From: Thermoplasmatota archaeon | GTDB taxonomy: Archaea; Thermoplasmatota; E2; DHVEG-1 | Assembly (NCBI GenBank): GCA_025457885.1 | Contig: JALOTN010000004.1 | Location: 10,875 to 74,874 of the forward strand | DNA length: 64,000 nucleotides | Direction: 5' to 3' | In this document: piece after piece, positions 24,565 to 35,138 of the stretch | Layout of the letters: every line of letters begins with the position of its first letter | How positions within the stretch are numbered: the stretch's first letter is position 1 | Translations under genes and position numbers: made by a program | Notes under the pieces: generated by a model | What the model was told of the DNA's origin: nothing | The model's database searches: none | The model's input: the letters and a program-made list of their open reading frames with translations, nothing else

Positions 24565-26352
24565 ATGATTTCCATGAAGAATAAGAAACTCGTTGGAGGA
24601 CTTTTTGTTGTGATTCTCGTAGCTGTTGTGGTGCTTTCTGGATGTGTGACTCCGAAACATACTATGGTTCCCATGAGGGATGGGGTCCAGCTTGCGACCG
24701 ATGTGTACGTTAAACAACCAAGTCAGCAGCATGGCGCAATCCTAGTAAGAACGCCCTATAACAAGAACGCCTTGGTCTTGATAGGGACGAACTGGGCGCA
24801 GAACGGCTGGCCGACGGTGATACAAGATAGCCGCGGCAGATTCGCCTCTGAGGGGATTGATACGGTGTTTAAAAATGATCAGACCGATGGTCCGGATACT
24901 CTTGCTTGGATGGCGCAACAACCCTGGTTCAATGGGAAGGTTGCAACCTTTGGCGGGTCTGCGCTTGGGATTACTCAATATCTCATGGCCGGGTCTAATC
25001 CACCTGAGCTTGCTTGTCAATATATCCAGGTCGCTACCCCTGATATGTACACCCATGCGATGTATCCTGGTGGGCAGTTCCGAAAGAACCTTGTCGAAGA
25101 ATGGTTGAAAGGTCAAGGAAGCACGTATATTCTTCCAGAATTGTGGGCTCATGAGAACTATACCATGGACTATTGGACAAATATCTCCTTACAGGATAAC
25201 TGGGGGCAGGTCAATGTACCCGCTATCCATATCGGTGGATGGTACGATATCTTCACCCAAGGGACCATTGACGGATTTCTTGGTTACCAACATCTGGGTG
25301 GACCTGGGGCGCAAGGAAAATCGAAATTGATCCTTGGTCCGTGGACCCATGGAGGCGCGGGGACTACCACACAAGGGGAACTGACCTATCCAGAGAATTC
25401 CCTTGATAACTTCTCCCAGGCGTTATTCTGGCAGATGGCTACCCAGTACACCATGGGCGGCTCCTCAGAGTATGACAGCTGGCCTGCGGTTACGTACTAT
25501 GTGATGGGGGATGTTACCGATCCTAATGCATCCGGTAATGAATGGCGGTTTGCGGATGACTGGCCGATCCCCTCCATTGAACGTGCCTGGTACCTACAGG
25601 GGGATGGCAGCCTTCAGGCTACACCTCCAACACAGGACCATCAGTTCAGCTACTCTTATGATCCCTCAAATCCTGTTCCCACCATTGGTGGACAAAACCT
25701 GAACATGGCCGCGGGTCCCTATGACCAACGATCAGTGGAAAACCGCTCCGATATGCTCCTCTTCACCAGCCCCGTCCTCGGTGCCCCCTATGAGGCGACC
25801 GGTCCGATCACTGCACAGTTGTTCGTCTCCTCGGACTGCCCGGATACTGATTTTACCGTAAAACTCACTGATGTATACCCTGATGGCCGCTCGATGTTGA
25901 TTACCGATGGGATCCTGCGGATGCGGAATCGAAACGGGTTCGACCATTGGGAGCTTATGGAGCCAGGCACCATCTACCAAATCGAGGTCGACCTCTGGAG
26001 CACCTCCTATGTCTGGAACACCGGTCATCAGATCCGTGTCGCGATCTCCTCATCAAACTACCCACGCTGTCTGAATAACCCGAATACCGCGGAGGGGATT
26101 TACCAAAATACCACTTCTAACATCGCCCAGAACCTCCTCTATGTTGATACCGTTCACCCCTCCTGTCTGCTCCTCCCAGAAATCCCACCCACTGCCTCCA
26201 GCGTCCAACAGAGATGGATTCCTTCGATGGTCTCACCTCTCAATATCGAGAATCATCATCAGATACGACTCCCGGAACGACTCAAACACCTCCTTGAACA
26301 ATCACCTCTCTTTCCCAAGCTCTCCGAGTATCGCTCCTTCCTCATCCAATAA
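24565..26352 (+). CDS. CocE/NonD (S15) serine hydrolase, lipoprotein
   Basis: LSGC lipobox; VPMRDGVQLATDVY, RTPY, QDSRGRFASEG, GGSALG, GGWYD and GPWTHG. Confidence 0.92.
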   Translation: MISMKNKKLVGGLFVVILVAVVVLSGCVTPKHTMVPMRDGVQLATDVYVKQPSQQHGAILVRTPYNKNALVLIGTNWAQNGWPTVIQDSRGRFASEGIDTVFKNDQTDGPDTLAWMAQQPWFNGKVATFGGSALGITQYLMAGSNPPELACQYIQVATPDMYTHAMYPGGQFRKNLVEEWLKGQGSTYILPELWAHENYTMDYWTNISLQDNWGQVNVPAIHIGGWYDIFTQGTIDGFLGYQHLGGPGAQGKSKLILGPWTHGGAGTTTQGELTYPENSLDNFSQALFWQMATQYTMGGSSEYDSWPAVTYYVMGDVTDPNASGNEWRFADDWPIPSIERAWYLQGDGSLQATPPTQDHQFSYSYDPSNPVPTIGGQNLNMAAGPYDQRSVENRSDMLLFTSPVLGAPYEATGPITAQLFVSSDCPDTDFTVKLTDVYPDGRSMLITDGILRMRNRNGFDHWELMEPGTIYQIEVDLWSTSYVWNTGHQIRVAISSSNYPRCLNNPNTAEGIYQNTTSNIAQNLLYVDTVHPSCLLLPEIPPTASSVQQRWIPSMVSPLNIENHHQIRLPERLKHLLEQSPLFPKLSEYRSFLIQ

Positions 26353-26471
26353 CATCAACAGATACACACCCCTACCGACATCCAGAAACCCACTTCAGAA
26401 GCCTCCTTCAGAAACTATATATATTATATAAGACAACTTTTATATAAAAAACGCGGAGTTTCTGCATACAC

Positions 26472-27707
26472 ATGGTGACAAAAAAGAAAATCTTTGCAAT
26501 CGTACTTGTCGTACTCTTTCTCATCAACATCAGTGCTGCGGCACTCATCTTCATCGACATCCAAGTCCTAGCGTTCCCAAACACGACCCTCCGTGTCGAT
26601 ATCGTCGAGATAAACACCGATGAAATCATCATCCATCATGACATCCAACTGTACAACCCGAACTCTTTTGAGATGATCCTACAGGACTTTCATATTGTCG
26701 CTCGGACAACCGATGGCGAAGAAGTCACCAACATGACGATAGACGGAGGCTCCATCCCCGGACAGACCAACCAAAGCTACGCAGCTGACGACCGCATCAT
26801 CATGAAAGGAGACCTCTCCGACTTACTCAGCACCACCATCACCGGAATCGTAGGCTTCAACATCTTTGGCATCATCACCAAAACCATCCCCCTCGAGGTC
26901 ACCGTACTAACTTCACTAAAGGAAGCATTAAGCAAAATAGCAGTCCCAGACATCACAATTCGCGCGGAAATCGGAGAGATCACCAGATACGGAGTGAACC
27001 TCACCACCGAAGTCGAGGTACACAACCCAAACCCCTTCGACATGATGGTAAACAATTTCCAAGTCACCATCACCACAGAAAATGGAAGCAGCGTGGGTCA
27101 TTTTGATATCCCTGGATCAACCATCCCTGCAGAAAGCACCACGACAGCCACAGGAGCAGGATCAATCCTTCTGACCGCCCTCAACGCCAAAACACTCTAC
27201 ATCACCCTTACCGCAGATGCTGGAGCACACCTCGCAGGAATCAACAAAGCACTCCCGATCACTGCTCGGATTGAGATACTCATGCCAAACCTCGAGGAAC
27301 TCGTCCCACCCGACAAACCCCTGGAACTCTCCTTAGATATCGACTTATCCCGTGTTCGAGGTGGGTTGAAAGGAGATATGACTCTGGAAGTCATCAACCC
27401 AACAAAAATCCCCTTCATCGCCACCGATCTCGTCGTGAAGTACTATGGGGTGAAAAACCACCAAAAATACCTTGTGGCGGAAGGACCCTTTGGATTTGGT
27501 GAACTCGTCCCCGAAGCAACCACCTACTTCCATGGAGAAATGATACTGTACTATTCCAAACTTTTGAATTTCTCCGGGAAAGGTTTCTTCCCCGATATGG
27601 TCTTTGCCCAACTCTGGGCGAAGATATCACTCCCCGACGTCTCTATTTATATCCCTGTTGCGATTGGATCATATATCGATTTTCATCTCCTCAAACCTAA
27701 CCAATAA
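26472..27707 (+). CDS. Membrane-anchored protein with about three LEA_2/WHy-like domains
   Basis: N-terminal TM; repeated YNPNSF, HNPNPF and INPTKI motifs in beta-rich units. Confidence 0.7.
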   Translation: MVTKKKIFAIVLVVLFLINISAAALIFIDIQVLAFPNTTLRVDIVEINTDEIIIHHDIQLYNPNSFEMILQDFHIVARTTDGEEVTNMTIDGGSIPGQTNQSYAADDRIIMKGDLSDLLSTTITGIVGFNIFGIITKTIPLEVTVLTSLKEALSKIAVPDITIRAEIGEITRYGVNLTTEVEVHNPNPFDMMVNNFQVTITTENGSSVGHFDIPGSTIPAESTTTATGAGSILLTALNAKTLYITLTADAGAHLAGINKALPITARIEILMPNLEELVPPDKPLELSLDIDLSRVRGGLKGDMTLEVINPTKIPFIATDLVVKYYGVKNHQKYLVAEGPFGFGELVPEATTYFHGEMILYYSKLLNFSGKGFFPDMVFAQLWAKISLPDVSIYIPVAIGSYIDFHLLKPNQ

Positions 27708-27841
27708 CCATCAGATGAAAAAAACACGAGTTTAAAAATTTAAATAAATATAATCTATATAATTTTATATAAAAAAACATTCATAGAAAACTACAAATAT
27801 AACGACATAAATAGCACTATAAGATACGATGCGAGGGAGCC

Positions 27842-30286
27842 ATGGTTGACGTAAAACATTCTAAGCGACAGCTAGTCACCATCAAAAAAAGACAATGGTC
27901 TCTTTCTAGCATCTTCGTGCTCCTCCTTCTTACCAGTGGAATATCATCCACCTCAGCAACCATCATCCCCCAGGCTACACCAATCATAGAATCAACCGCC
28001 ACCACCGACCACATCCCAAACCAAAACACCCTTGAAACACCCACCACAACAAATCCCTGGTGGAACCCCAACTGGCATTACCGCACCATTTACAACATCA
28101 CGGGAACCGGCACCATATCCCTCCAAATAAATTTCACACAACTCCTTCGCAACACCCTCCACGTCCTAGACAAAACCTTTGACAACACCACCATCGCTAT
28201 CGTACAATACTCCGCAAACGGGACCACCACCATCGTCAACACCAGCTGGTTCAATGAAACCACCACCTACCACAATAAAACAAACGCAAAAGGCATCCTC
28301 ACCTGGAAAATCACCACACCATCACTCTACCATGTCTACTTCGACGTCCTCGAAAACCAAGGAACACGCAACCCAACACCAGAAACACCAAACCTCACCC
28401 CCTCAGGCAACCCCCAAGCCGCCATCATCTCCACCCACGGCTGGTGGCCTGCGTTTACCACCTCATTTGAAACCTACTATCCCCCTCCAAAAACACTCAA
28501 TGTACAACTCCAAACCACCGCACTAGCAACAAACATCACCGCTAAAGTCCTCTACAACAACAACCTCAACTTCACCAAACAACTCACCACCCAAGACCAT
28601 CTCCAATGGAACATCACCATCGCCAACCTTACAAAAATCGGAGATTGGACCATCCAAATAAACGGACACGACGACGCAGGATATCAACCAACACAGATAT
28701 CCATCAGTTTCTACATCGGAAAACCAGATCTCGTCGCCACCGCCATCACCGCACCAAACATCTCCTACATAGGAAACAATGTAACCGTCACAGGACATCT
28801 CATCGCAAAAAATACCACCGTCGAACATGTCGACATCAGCCTAAAAGTCGACACTATCAACGTCGACACACAAAAAAACCTGACCATACAAAAGAATATC
28901 AACACCTCCTACGACCTGGTCTGGGTCAACTGCACCAAAGGAATCCATAACCTCTCAATAAACATTATTTACCACCAAGACTCAAATCAAACAAATAACG
29001 TCCGCTGGAAACACATCACCATCGAAGGAATACCAGACCTCTCAGTACTCAATCTGAGTGTCTCACCAACCACCGTCAACGAAGGAAAACCAATCACCGT
29101 CAACGCCTTCATCAAAAACAAAGGTGACGGCAACGCATCCGACTACACCATGGTTCTCTACTGTGAACAAAACCAAAACAACCAAACCATGCTCTATATA
29201 CAAAGCAAAAACACCACGACCTTCTCCCTCAAAAAAGATCAATTTACCAACGTGACACTCACCTGGTCACAGACACGATACGGGAAAACCACCTTCAACG
29301 GAGAATGGGCGGTAGGCATACAAATCCTGACCTCAGAAGAAACACCAGACAAGAATGAAACAGACAACAAAAAACCACTCTACCATGCACTCTACGTCAT
29401 CGCAGCAGAACGAAACCCCCCGCTTCTAACCAACTTAGAGTTTCTCTCCACCCTTGAAATAGGAGACCAACAACAAATCACCGTCAAAGCAACCGATGAA
29501 TCAGGAATCGACACCGTGACCATCTCCCTAAAAACCCCCAACAAAACCTACCTAAACACCACCATGACCCCTATTGAAGGAAACACATACGAATATCTCC
29601 TCACAACCACACAAATCGGCAGACATAATTTTACCATTAAAGCCACCGACCTTTCACCGAATAAAAACCAATCCATCATCACCGGATTTTTCATCGTCAC
29701 TGAAGATCAAACCCCACCGACCATCACATACTATGGAGTCAACCCCATCAAACAACTCCCGAATCTCCCCGTGGAAATCCGCTGTATCGCTACCGATTAC
29801 TCAGGGATACGATCCGCAGAGGTAACCATACAATTCCCAGACAACACCGTACAGACCCACACCATGAATACCCCACCAGGGGATACAAAATACATCTATG
29901 AAAAAACCTACGATATCACAGGAAAATACCTTTTCACCATCACCATCAGAGACACCCTAGGAAACCCAATCACCACCGACGAAAAAACATTCTGGGTCAC
30001 CGAGCATCTCGACGACACCGACAATGATGGGATACCAGATGACTGGGAGAAACGCTACGGATTCAACCCCACTGACCCCAACGATGCATCCAATGACCAG
30101 GACGATGACGGATTCACCAATAAAGAAGAATACCAACAAGGAACCAATCCACTGAAAAAACAGACCTCCACACCAGAAATCATGGATCAACTGCAGCAGA
30201 ACTGGGCGTATCTCTCCGCCTCTCTTCTCATCTTTCTTATCATCATCATCCTAGCAATCTACGGCATACGGAGACGCACCCCATGA
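27842..30286 (+). CDS. Large surface glycoprotein with CARDB/Ig-like domains, a Ca-binding DxDxDG repeat and a C-terminal TM anchor
   Basis: Signal peptide; WWNPNWHYR; two PDL-starting CARDB-like units; DTDNDGIPDDWE..DQDDDGFTNKEEY..GTNP; TM followed by RRR. Confidence 0.8.
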   Translation: MVDVKHSKRQLVTIKKRQWSLSSIFVLLLLTSGISSTSATIIPQATPIIESTATTDHIPNQNTLETPTTTNPWWNPNWHYRTIYNITGTGTISLQINFTQLLRNTLHVLDKTFDNTTIAIVQYSANGTTTIVNTSWFNETTTYHNKTNAKGILTWKITTPSLYHVYFDVLENQGTRNPTPETPNLTPSGNPQAAIISTHGWWPAFTTSFETYYPPPKTLNVQLQTTALATNITAKVLYNNNLNFTKQLTTQDHLQWNITIANLTKIGDWTIQINGHDDAGYQPTQISISFYIGKPDLVATAITAPNISYIGNNVTVTGHLIAKNTTVEHVDISLKVDTINVDTQKNLTIQKNINTSYDLVWVNCTKGIHNLSINIIYHQDSNQTNNVRWKHITIEGIPDLSVLNLSVSPTTVNEGKPITVNAFIKNKGDGNASDYTMVLYCEQNQNNQTMLYIQSKNTTTFSLKKDQFTNVTLTWSQTRYGKTTFNGEWAVGIQILTSEETPDKNETDNKKPLYHALYVIAAERNPPLLTNLEFLSTLEIGDQQQITVKATDESGIDTVTISLKTPNKTYLNTTMTPIEGNTYEYLLTTTQIGRHNFTIKATDLSPNKNQSIITGFFIVTEDQTPPTITYYGVNPIKQLPNLPVEIRCIATDYSGIRSAEVTIQFPDNTVQTHTMNTPPGDTKYIYEKTYDITGKYLFTITIRDTLGNPITTDEKTFWVTEHLDDTDNDGIPDDWEKRYGFNPTDPNDASNDQDDDGFTNKEEYQQGTNPLKKQTSTPEIMDQLQQNWAYLSASLLIFLIIIILAIYGIRRRTP

Positions 30287-30819
30287 GCCTGATAACCCGC
30301 CGGACTCTCCCGTTTGTTGCAATCATCTTCTTCGCCTTCCTCGTCTTCCTCTTCTCCCTTTGGGACATCATCTACCATGAACAATGGCTCGAGCGTATCC
30401 TTGCATTATACGCGATATTGATTCTCCTCACCTTCCTGTTCCTCGTGTCTCACGAAAAAAAGAAACCCGTCATTAAAAAAAACGTCGATGAATATGAAAA
30501 AACATCGGAAGGAAAATTACAGCATTTCAAATGCCCTTCCTGCGGAGGGATTTTTGCGGTTAAAAAATCAAGTCAAGAGAATAAACAATCATTCACTTTG
30601 ACATGTCCGGATTGTGGGATGACCGGGTCTATTCCTTCCAAACCATCACAAATACAGGAGGAAATCCCAGAAAAAAAATCAGTCCAAAAGCAGTTCCAAT
30701 GCCAGAACTGCGGAGAGACCATCACGATTTGGTCCGAGGGACCGGATATGATTCAAGAACAGATTCATGTCTACTCCTGCCCGTATTGTGGGAAAAAACA
30801 AGACCTCAATCTCACCTAG
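30283..30819 (+). CDS. Two-TM membrane protein with a double zinc ribbon
   Basis: CPSC, CPDC, CQNC and CPYC; ATGA overlap with the upstream gene. Confidence 0.75.
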   Translation: MSLITRRTLPFVAIIFFAFLVFLFSLWDIIYHEQWLERILALYAILILLTFLFLVSHEKKKPVIKKNVDEYEKTSEGKLQHFKCPSCGGIFAVKKSSQENKQSFTLTCPDCGMTGSIPSKPSQIQEEIPEKKSVQKQFQCQNCGETITIWSEGPDMIQEQIHVYSCPYCGKKQDLNLT

Positions 30820-32654
30820 ATATGATGACGGATTTTCACTGCCTCCCCATGCGATGACTCCGTCATTTCTTTTCCATTCATAAGTGCCACACCAACACCA
30901 CAAACAGTATCATTCTTCCTTATTATGACTTCATCACCAATCCGAATAGAATCATCCGCATCGATGATCCCTGGAGCAAACACCGATCCTTTCAGAGTGA
31001 AATCACCAGCGATTTCCACCCAATACTGCTCCGCATCTCCAAGTCGGTTCGCCCCCTCCAAGGTCAACGAGAGAAACCCTCGTTCCTCAGTCAGCATCCC
31101 CAGTTGAGTTCCTTTCTGCATGATCTTCAAATAAGGATATTTCCCGATAACGGTGCTTTCTTTCATCAAATGATCCGCAAGAGGAGAACCAAACTGGTAA
31201 CCAGCCAGTGATTGCATGTTTTCATACAATCGCGTTTGGAGTCTCACACGGTCAAAACTTGATGTGAGTTTTTCTAACGCTTGAGATAACGTTGAAAGAG
31301 ACGTTTCAGATGTCGGTGAATCCTCACAGGTCACCCATGGTTTTTCCAAAATATCACACACAAATAACCGCATCGCCGCAGGGAGATGCACAATGACTGC
31401 ATCATAGCAGTTGTGCTTCAGATATTCCTGAAGCATTGTACGTATCATCTTTTTTTCGTCCTCATCCCAATGCCCGGTCACCGCGATATCATAGTTTTTC
31501 GCAGGGTACGTCAATTCAAGTTCCCGTGGAACCAGCCCCAGTGGTGACGTAAGAATCAGTTCATGGACCACAAAGGGATTCACTTGTCTGGTGATACATT
31601 CTCTAAAAAGCTGATGAGATTTAGAAAACGAGTAGGGTTTCTTCGCTGAACAGGGGAGCAGAACTAAAATCTTGGCACTCCTTGGTTTTTCATACCGATG
31701 GAGGACCCGATACTGGAATCGTCTAATCTCCGGTCGGAGAAGCGCATCTTTGGTTGTCGCAATCAATGGTTGTTTTCGAATCAGAGGAGTCCGTTCTTCA
31801 AGGAACTCATACTGATTCAGATCAAGGATATGGAGCAGGGCAGCAAGATGTGGTCTGGTTCGTACGCGTATTTCAACAAGCTCTCGTAACGAACCGGTAC
31901 GTATCGCGTTCCTCACCAGCTGTATCTCTGAGTCAAGCATCGTGTAATTATGTTGAAGAATCTCATCATAGTTCATTGATGAGACATCCTTTTTTATAGC
32001 ACAGGTCGGACACCTACAAGGATTCTCATGTAAGTGATCTTTTGAGTAATACCCCGTCTGGAACAGGAATATCTCGTTTCGTGCCGCCATGATAGCAGGA
32101 AACGAATCAAACAAGTCAACCCCCATATACGCGAGAAGCGCAATACTTGTTGGGTCACCAACACAGGGAAGATAAAGCGGTGTTGTGTACCCAATTTGTT
32201 GGCGAAGTGTGGTGATGAAATCAACAAAATATGATTGTTGATTAAACAGTTGGATGGCATCTGAAACGATGCAGAGAGTTGTGTCTTTTTTTCTTCTCAG
32301 GTCCGGTATCAGTTCTTTTTTTCCTGGAATAAGATAACAAGGGGTGTTGGTGTTCTGTTTCACTGCATCTGAATGCATCTCTCGAATCACATCTTTTGGA
32401 TAGAGAAGATACTGGTCTAAACAGGCAGGTTTTCTCTCGTTGTTTTTTTGCGTTGAAAAAATGCTTCTCCCGATCTGTATGACTGGTTGAGTTGTTTTTA
32501 TTGGTTCCTGTGTTAGAAGGATGCGAGAGAATGTTGGAGCCTGAAGTTGGGAGGTCTGGATATAAAGAATCTCTGGTGTGCAGATACTCTCCTCTTTTAT
32601 CTTGAGCTGTCCCATGCGGGCAGGTCCGTCTCGAAACTGTATCTGAAAATCCAT
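30816..32654 (-). CDS. arcS: Archaeosine synthase subunit alpha (TgtA2) with PUA domain
   Basis: RDGPARMG, YMGVDLFD, LLPCSAKKPYSFSKSH, TSPLGLVPRELE and YDIAVTGHW; C-terminal PUA domain. Confidence 0.9.
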   Translation of the reverse strand: MDFQIQFRDGPARMGQLKIKEESICTPEILYIQTSQLQAPTFSRILLTQEPIKTTQPVIQIGRSIFSTQKNNERKPACLDQYLLYPKDVIREMHSDAVKQNTNTPCYLIPGKKELIPDLRRKKDTTLCIVSDAIQLFNQQSYFVDFITTLRQQIGYTTPLYLPCVGDPTSIALLAYMGVDLFDSFPAIMAARNEIFLFQTGYYSKDHLHENPCRCPTCAIKKDVSSMNYDEILQHNYTMLDSEIQLVRNAIRTGSLRELVEIRVRTRPHLAALLHILDLNQYEFLEERTPLIRKQPLIATTKDALLRPEIRRFQYRVLHRYEKPRSAKILVLLPCSAKKPYSFSKSHQLFRECITRQVNPFVVHELILTSPLGLVPRELELTYPAKNYDIAVTGHWDEDEKKMIRTMLQEYLKHNCYDAVIVHLPAAMRLFVCDILEKPWVTCEDSPTSETSLSTLSQALEKLTSSFDRVRLQTRLYENMQSLAGYQFGSPLADHLMKESTVIGKYPYLKIMQKGTQLGMLTEERGFLSLTLEGANRLGDAEQYWVEIAGDFTLKGSVFAPGIIDADDSIRIGDEVIIRKNDTVCGVGVALMNGKEMTESSHGEAVKIRHHI

Positions 32655-32700
32655 TGATGACTGATATGATGCTCTGTTTAAGAACATTTAGTTTTTCTTC

Positions 32701-34251
32701 TTAATGACGGAAGTACCTCTGACCCGTGAACACCATGGGTATCTTATGGTGGTCGGCTGCCTCGATGACCTCCGCATCCCTAATGGAGCCCCCTGGTTGA
32801 ATGATTGCTTTGACCCCTGCGTTCACCGCGACGTCCACAGCGTCCCTGAAGGGGAAGAACGCGTCACTGGCCATGATGGATCCTTTGATGTTGTCCTTGC
32901 CTTTGTTGGTGGCAATCCATGTGGCATCAACCCGGGAGGTCTGTCCTCCACCGATTCCCACGGTCCGCGTGTCTTTTACAAACACCACGGAGTTTGATTT
33001 GATATGTTTGACGCATCGTACCGCGAAATCCATGGAGAGTAAATCCTCCTTTGTTGGTTTGTTTTTTGTCACGACCTTCCAGGTGTTTTGATCCGCGAAC
33101 CACACGTCTCGTTCCTGGATGAGGTACCCTCCGACGACACTGCGGAGGTCTAAGCCGTTTCGCATCTGTTTTTTCTCAAGACCGGGGAGTCCAAGGCACC
33201 TGAGGTTTTTCTTACTTTGTAATATCTGTTGTGCCTCAGGGGTGAAACCTGGTGCGATAATCACTTCAAGGAAATATTTTGAGAGCTCCTGAGCGACTTC
33301 ATGGTCCAGTTCTCTGTTGAATGCGACAATACCACCGTACGGTGAATAGATGTCGGTGGCGTAGGCATCGTTCCACGCCTGAAGTTCTGTAACTGCACTG
33401 GCGATTCCGCAGGGAGTCGCATGTTTAATGATCACGCAGGAGGGTGCATTGAATTCTTTGATACATTCAATCGCACAGTTGGAATCAAGGATGTTGTTGA
33501 ATGACAACTCTTTCCCCTGTAATTGCTCTGCGGTAGCGATACAGGGTTCCTTGGTTACGGGGAGGCTTTTATAAAACGCTCCTTTCTGATGCGGGTTTTC
33601 CCCGTACCGCATCTCCTGAATCTTCCGCATGGTTATGGAGAAATCCTCTGGTAAAACCTCTTTGGTCCATCGGCTTCTCAGGTACTGGGCGATCATTGCG
33701 TCATACTGAGCCGTATGAGCATAGGCATGGATCGCTAATTTCTCTTTTTGCTCAGCTGATACTCCTTTTTTTGATTGTAACGCCTGGAGGACCTCATGAT
33801 AGTGTTTTGGGCTCGTGACCACGACGACATCCTCGTAGTTCTTGGCTGCCGCGCGAATGAGCGTAGGTCCCCCGATGTCGATATTCTCGATAACCTCCTC
33901 GATGCTAACGTTTGGTTTTTGAATCGTGCTTTCAAACGGGTAGAGGTTGCAGACGACCACATCGATCATGTTGATATGATGTTCCTTGAGGGTTTTCTGA
34001 TGGTCTTTCTTTTCTCGCCTTGCAAGGATCCCTGCATGAATGATCGGATGCAGAGTCTTAACTCTCCCATCAAGCATCTCAGGAAACCCGGTCACCGACG
34101 ACACATCAGTGTACGGGATGTTAGCTTTCTGCAGCACCGCAGCAGTCCCACCGGTTGTTAGAATAGTGTACCCTAGCGTATGAAGTCCTTTTGAAAAATC
34201 AACGATACCTTCCTTGTCATAAACGCTTATCAGTGCGTATCGGTAATCCAT
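32701..34251 (-). CDS. purH: Bifunctional AICAR transformylase/IMP cyclohydrolase
   Basis: ALISVYDK, GRVKTLHP, IDIGGPTLIRAAAKN, RYGENPHQ, ASDAFFPF and QPGGS. Confidence 0.97.
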   Translation of the reverse strand: MDYRYALISVYDKEGIVDFSKGLHTLGYTILTTGGTAAVLQKANIPYTDVSSVTGFPEMLDGRVKTLHPIIHAGILARREKKDHQKTLKEHHINMIDVVVCNLYPFESTIQKPNVSIEEVIENIDIGGPTLIRAAAKNYEDVVVVTSPKHYHEVLQALQSKKGVSAEQKEKLAIHAYAHTAQYDAMIAQYLRSRWTKEVLPEDFSITMRKIQEMRYGENPHQKGAFYKSLPVTKEPCIATAEQLQGKELSFNNILDSNCAIECIKEFNAPSCVIIKHATPCGIASAVTELQAWNDAYATDIYSPYGGIVAFNRELDHEVAQELSKYFLEVIIAPGFTPEAQQILQSKKNLRCLGLPGLEKKQMRNGLDLRSVVGGYLIQERDVWFADQNTWKVVTKNKPTKEDLLSMDFAVRCVKHIKSNSVVFVKDTRTVGIGGGQTSRVDATWIATNKGKDNIKGSIMASDAFFPFRDAVDVAVNAGVKAIIQPGGSIRDAEVIEAADHHKIPMVFTGQRYFRH

Positions 34252-34329
34252 TACTCTTACCCAAGGAACATATATCCAATACTCATAAACATTTGGGTTT
34301 ATCCAAAACCAGGTAGGATTCCAATCCTA

Positions 34330-35091
34330 CTAGATGGATTTCTGTTCTTTTTGCAGTGCCTCCAGCAAACTCAGTTCACCCTTCAGAACCTGTAAAGCGG
34401 TCTTCTCAGAGATCGTAAACCTCCCTTCGCTGAGTTGTCTGCTCCATCGCTGGATGTTCTTAATCGCCCCACGCGACGTCTCAATTGGGAGGGTGGACTG
34501 GACGCGACCACCAGAGAGTAACGCGATGACTGCCGCCGCCTCGCTGTCCCGGATGGATCGTCGTTTCTGCTGAGCAGGTGTCGTACGAGTCTCATCGACG
34601 ATTTCAATTGGCACCTCTAAGGGGATCAGGGAGTTGATGATACGATTTCGGTTGATTACTGAGCCATGGCCAATCCGGATATATGTCTCCTTTGAGGGAT
34701 AGCATTGTAAAAATTGTTTGACTGTGCTAAGCACTTTTTCCGGGCTGTCTACCTGTAGCTTCTGTAGTAATATATCATCGCAGACAACTGCTATTCCAGG
34801 CCGCTCCCCTGGGTCAATCCCAATTGATATCTTCGCATACAGCTCTTTACCGGTGAGTTTCTGCAACGCAAGGTCAATAGCATACTCAATGGAATCACAT
34901 GCATCCACCGCGACTTTCTTCCCATGAGCGATTCGATGGTACTCCTTTTGTGAAGTGAGGATCACTCCGATCCTCCGAGGGAGATTCTCCGGGGACGCCA
35001 AGGAGACATATGCGACATTGCGTTTCTTCAGTCCTTTGATGATATCATGATACAATGAGAAATCCTTGGTGTACACACCCAGTGTTTTCAT
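34330..35091 (-). CDS. RNase H-fold protein, YqgF/RuvC-like
   Basis: IGIDPGERPGIAV, IRIGHG, IVDETRTT and DSEAAAVIA. Confidence 0.6.
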   Translation of the reverse strand: MKTLGVYTKDFSLYHDIIKGLKKRNVAYVSLASPENLPRRIGVILTSQKEYHRIAHGKKVAVDACDSIEYAIDLALQKLTGKELYAKISIGIDPGERPGIAVVCDDILLQKLQVDSPEKVLSTVKQFLQCYPSKETYIRIGHGSVINRNRIINSLIPLEVPIEIVDETRTTPAQQKRRSIRDSEAAAVIALLSGGRVQSTLPIETSRGAIKNIQRWSRQLSEGRFTISEKTALQVLKGELSLLEALQKEQKSI

Positions 35092-35138
35092 CTAAAAAAA
35101 CAATCTACCATGCTCGATATATACATTTCCCCCTGTTG

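Noticed and set aside
27842-30286. A/C-rich composition as a foreign island or repeat array
   Set aside because: Explained by Thr/Asn/Ile-rich coding with A/C-ending codons; no integrase, flanking repeats or periodic unit seen.
32701-34251. Bacterial-type bifunctional purH in an archaeon
   Set aside because: Already known in several euryarchaeal groups; no sign of recent transfer.
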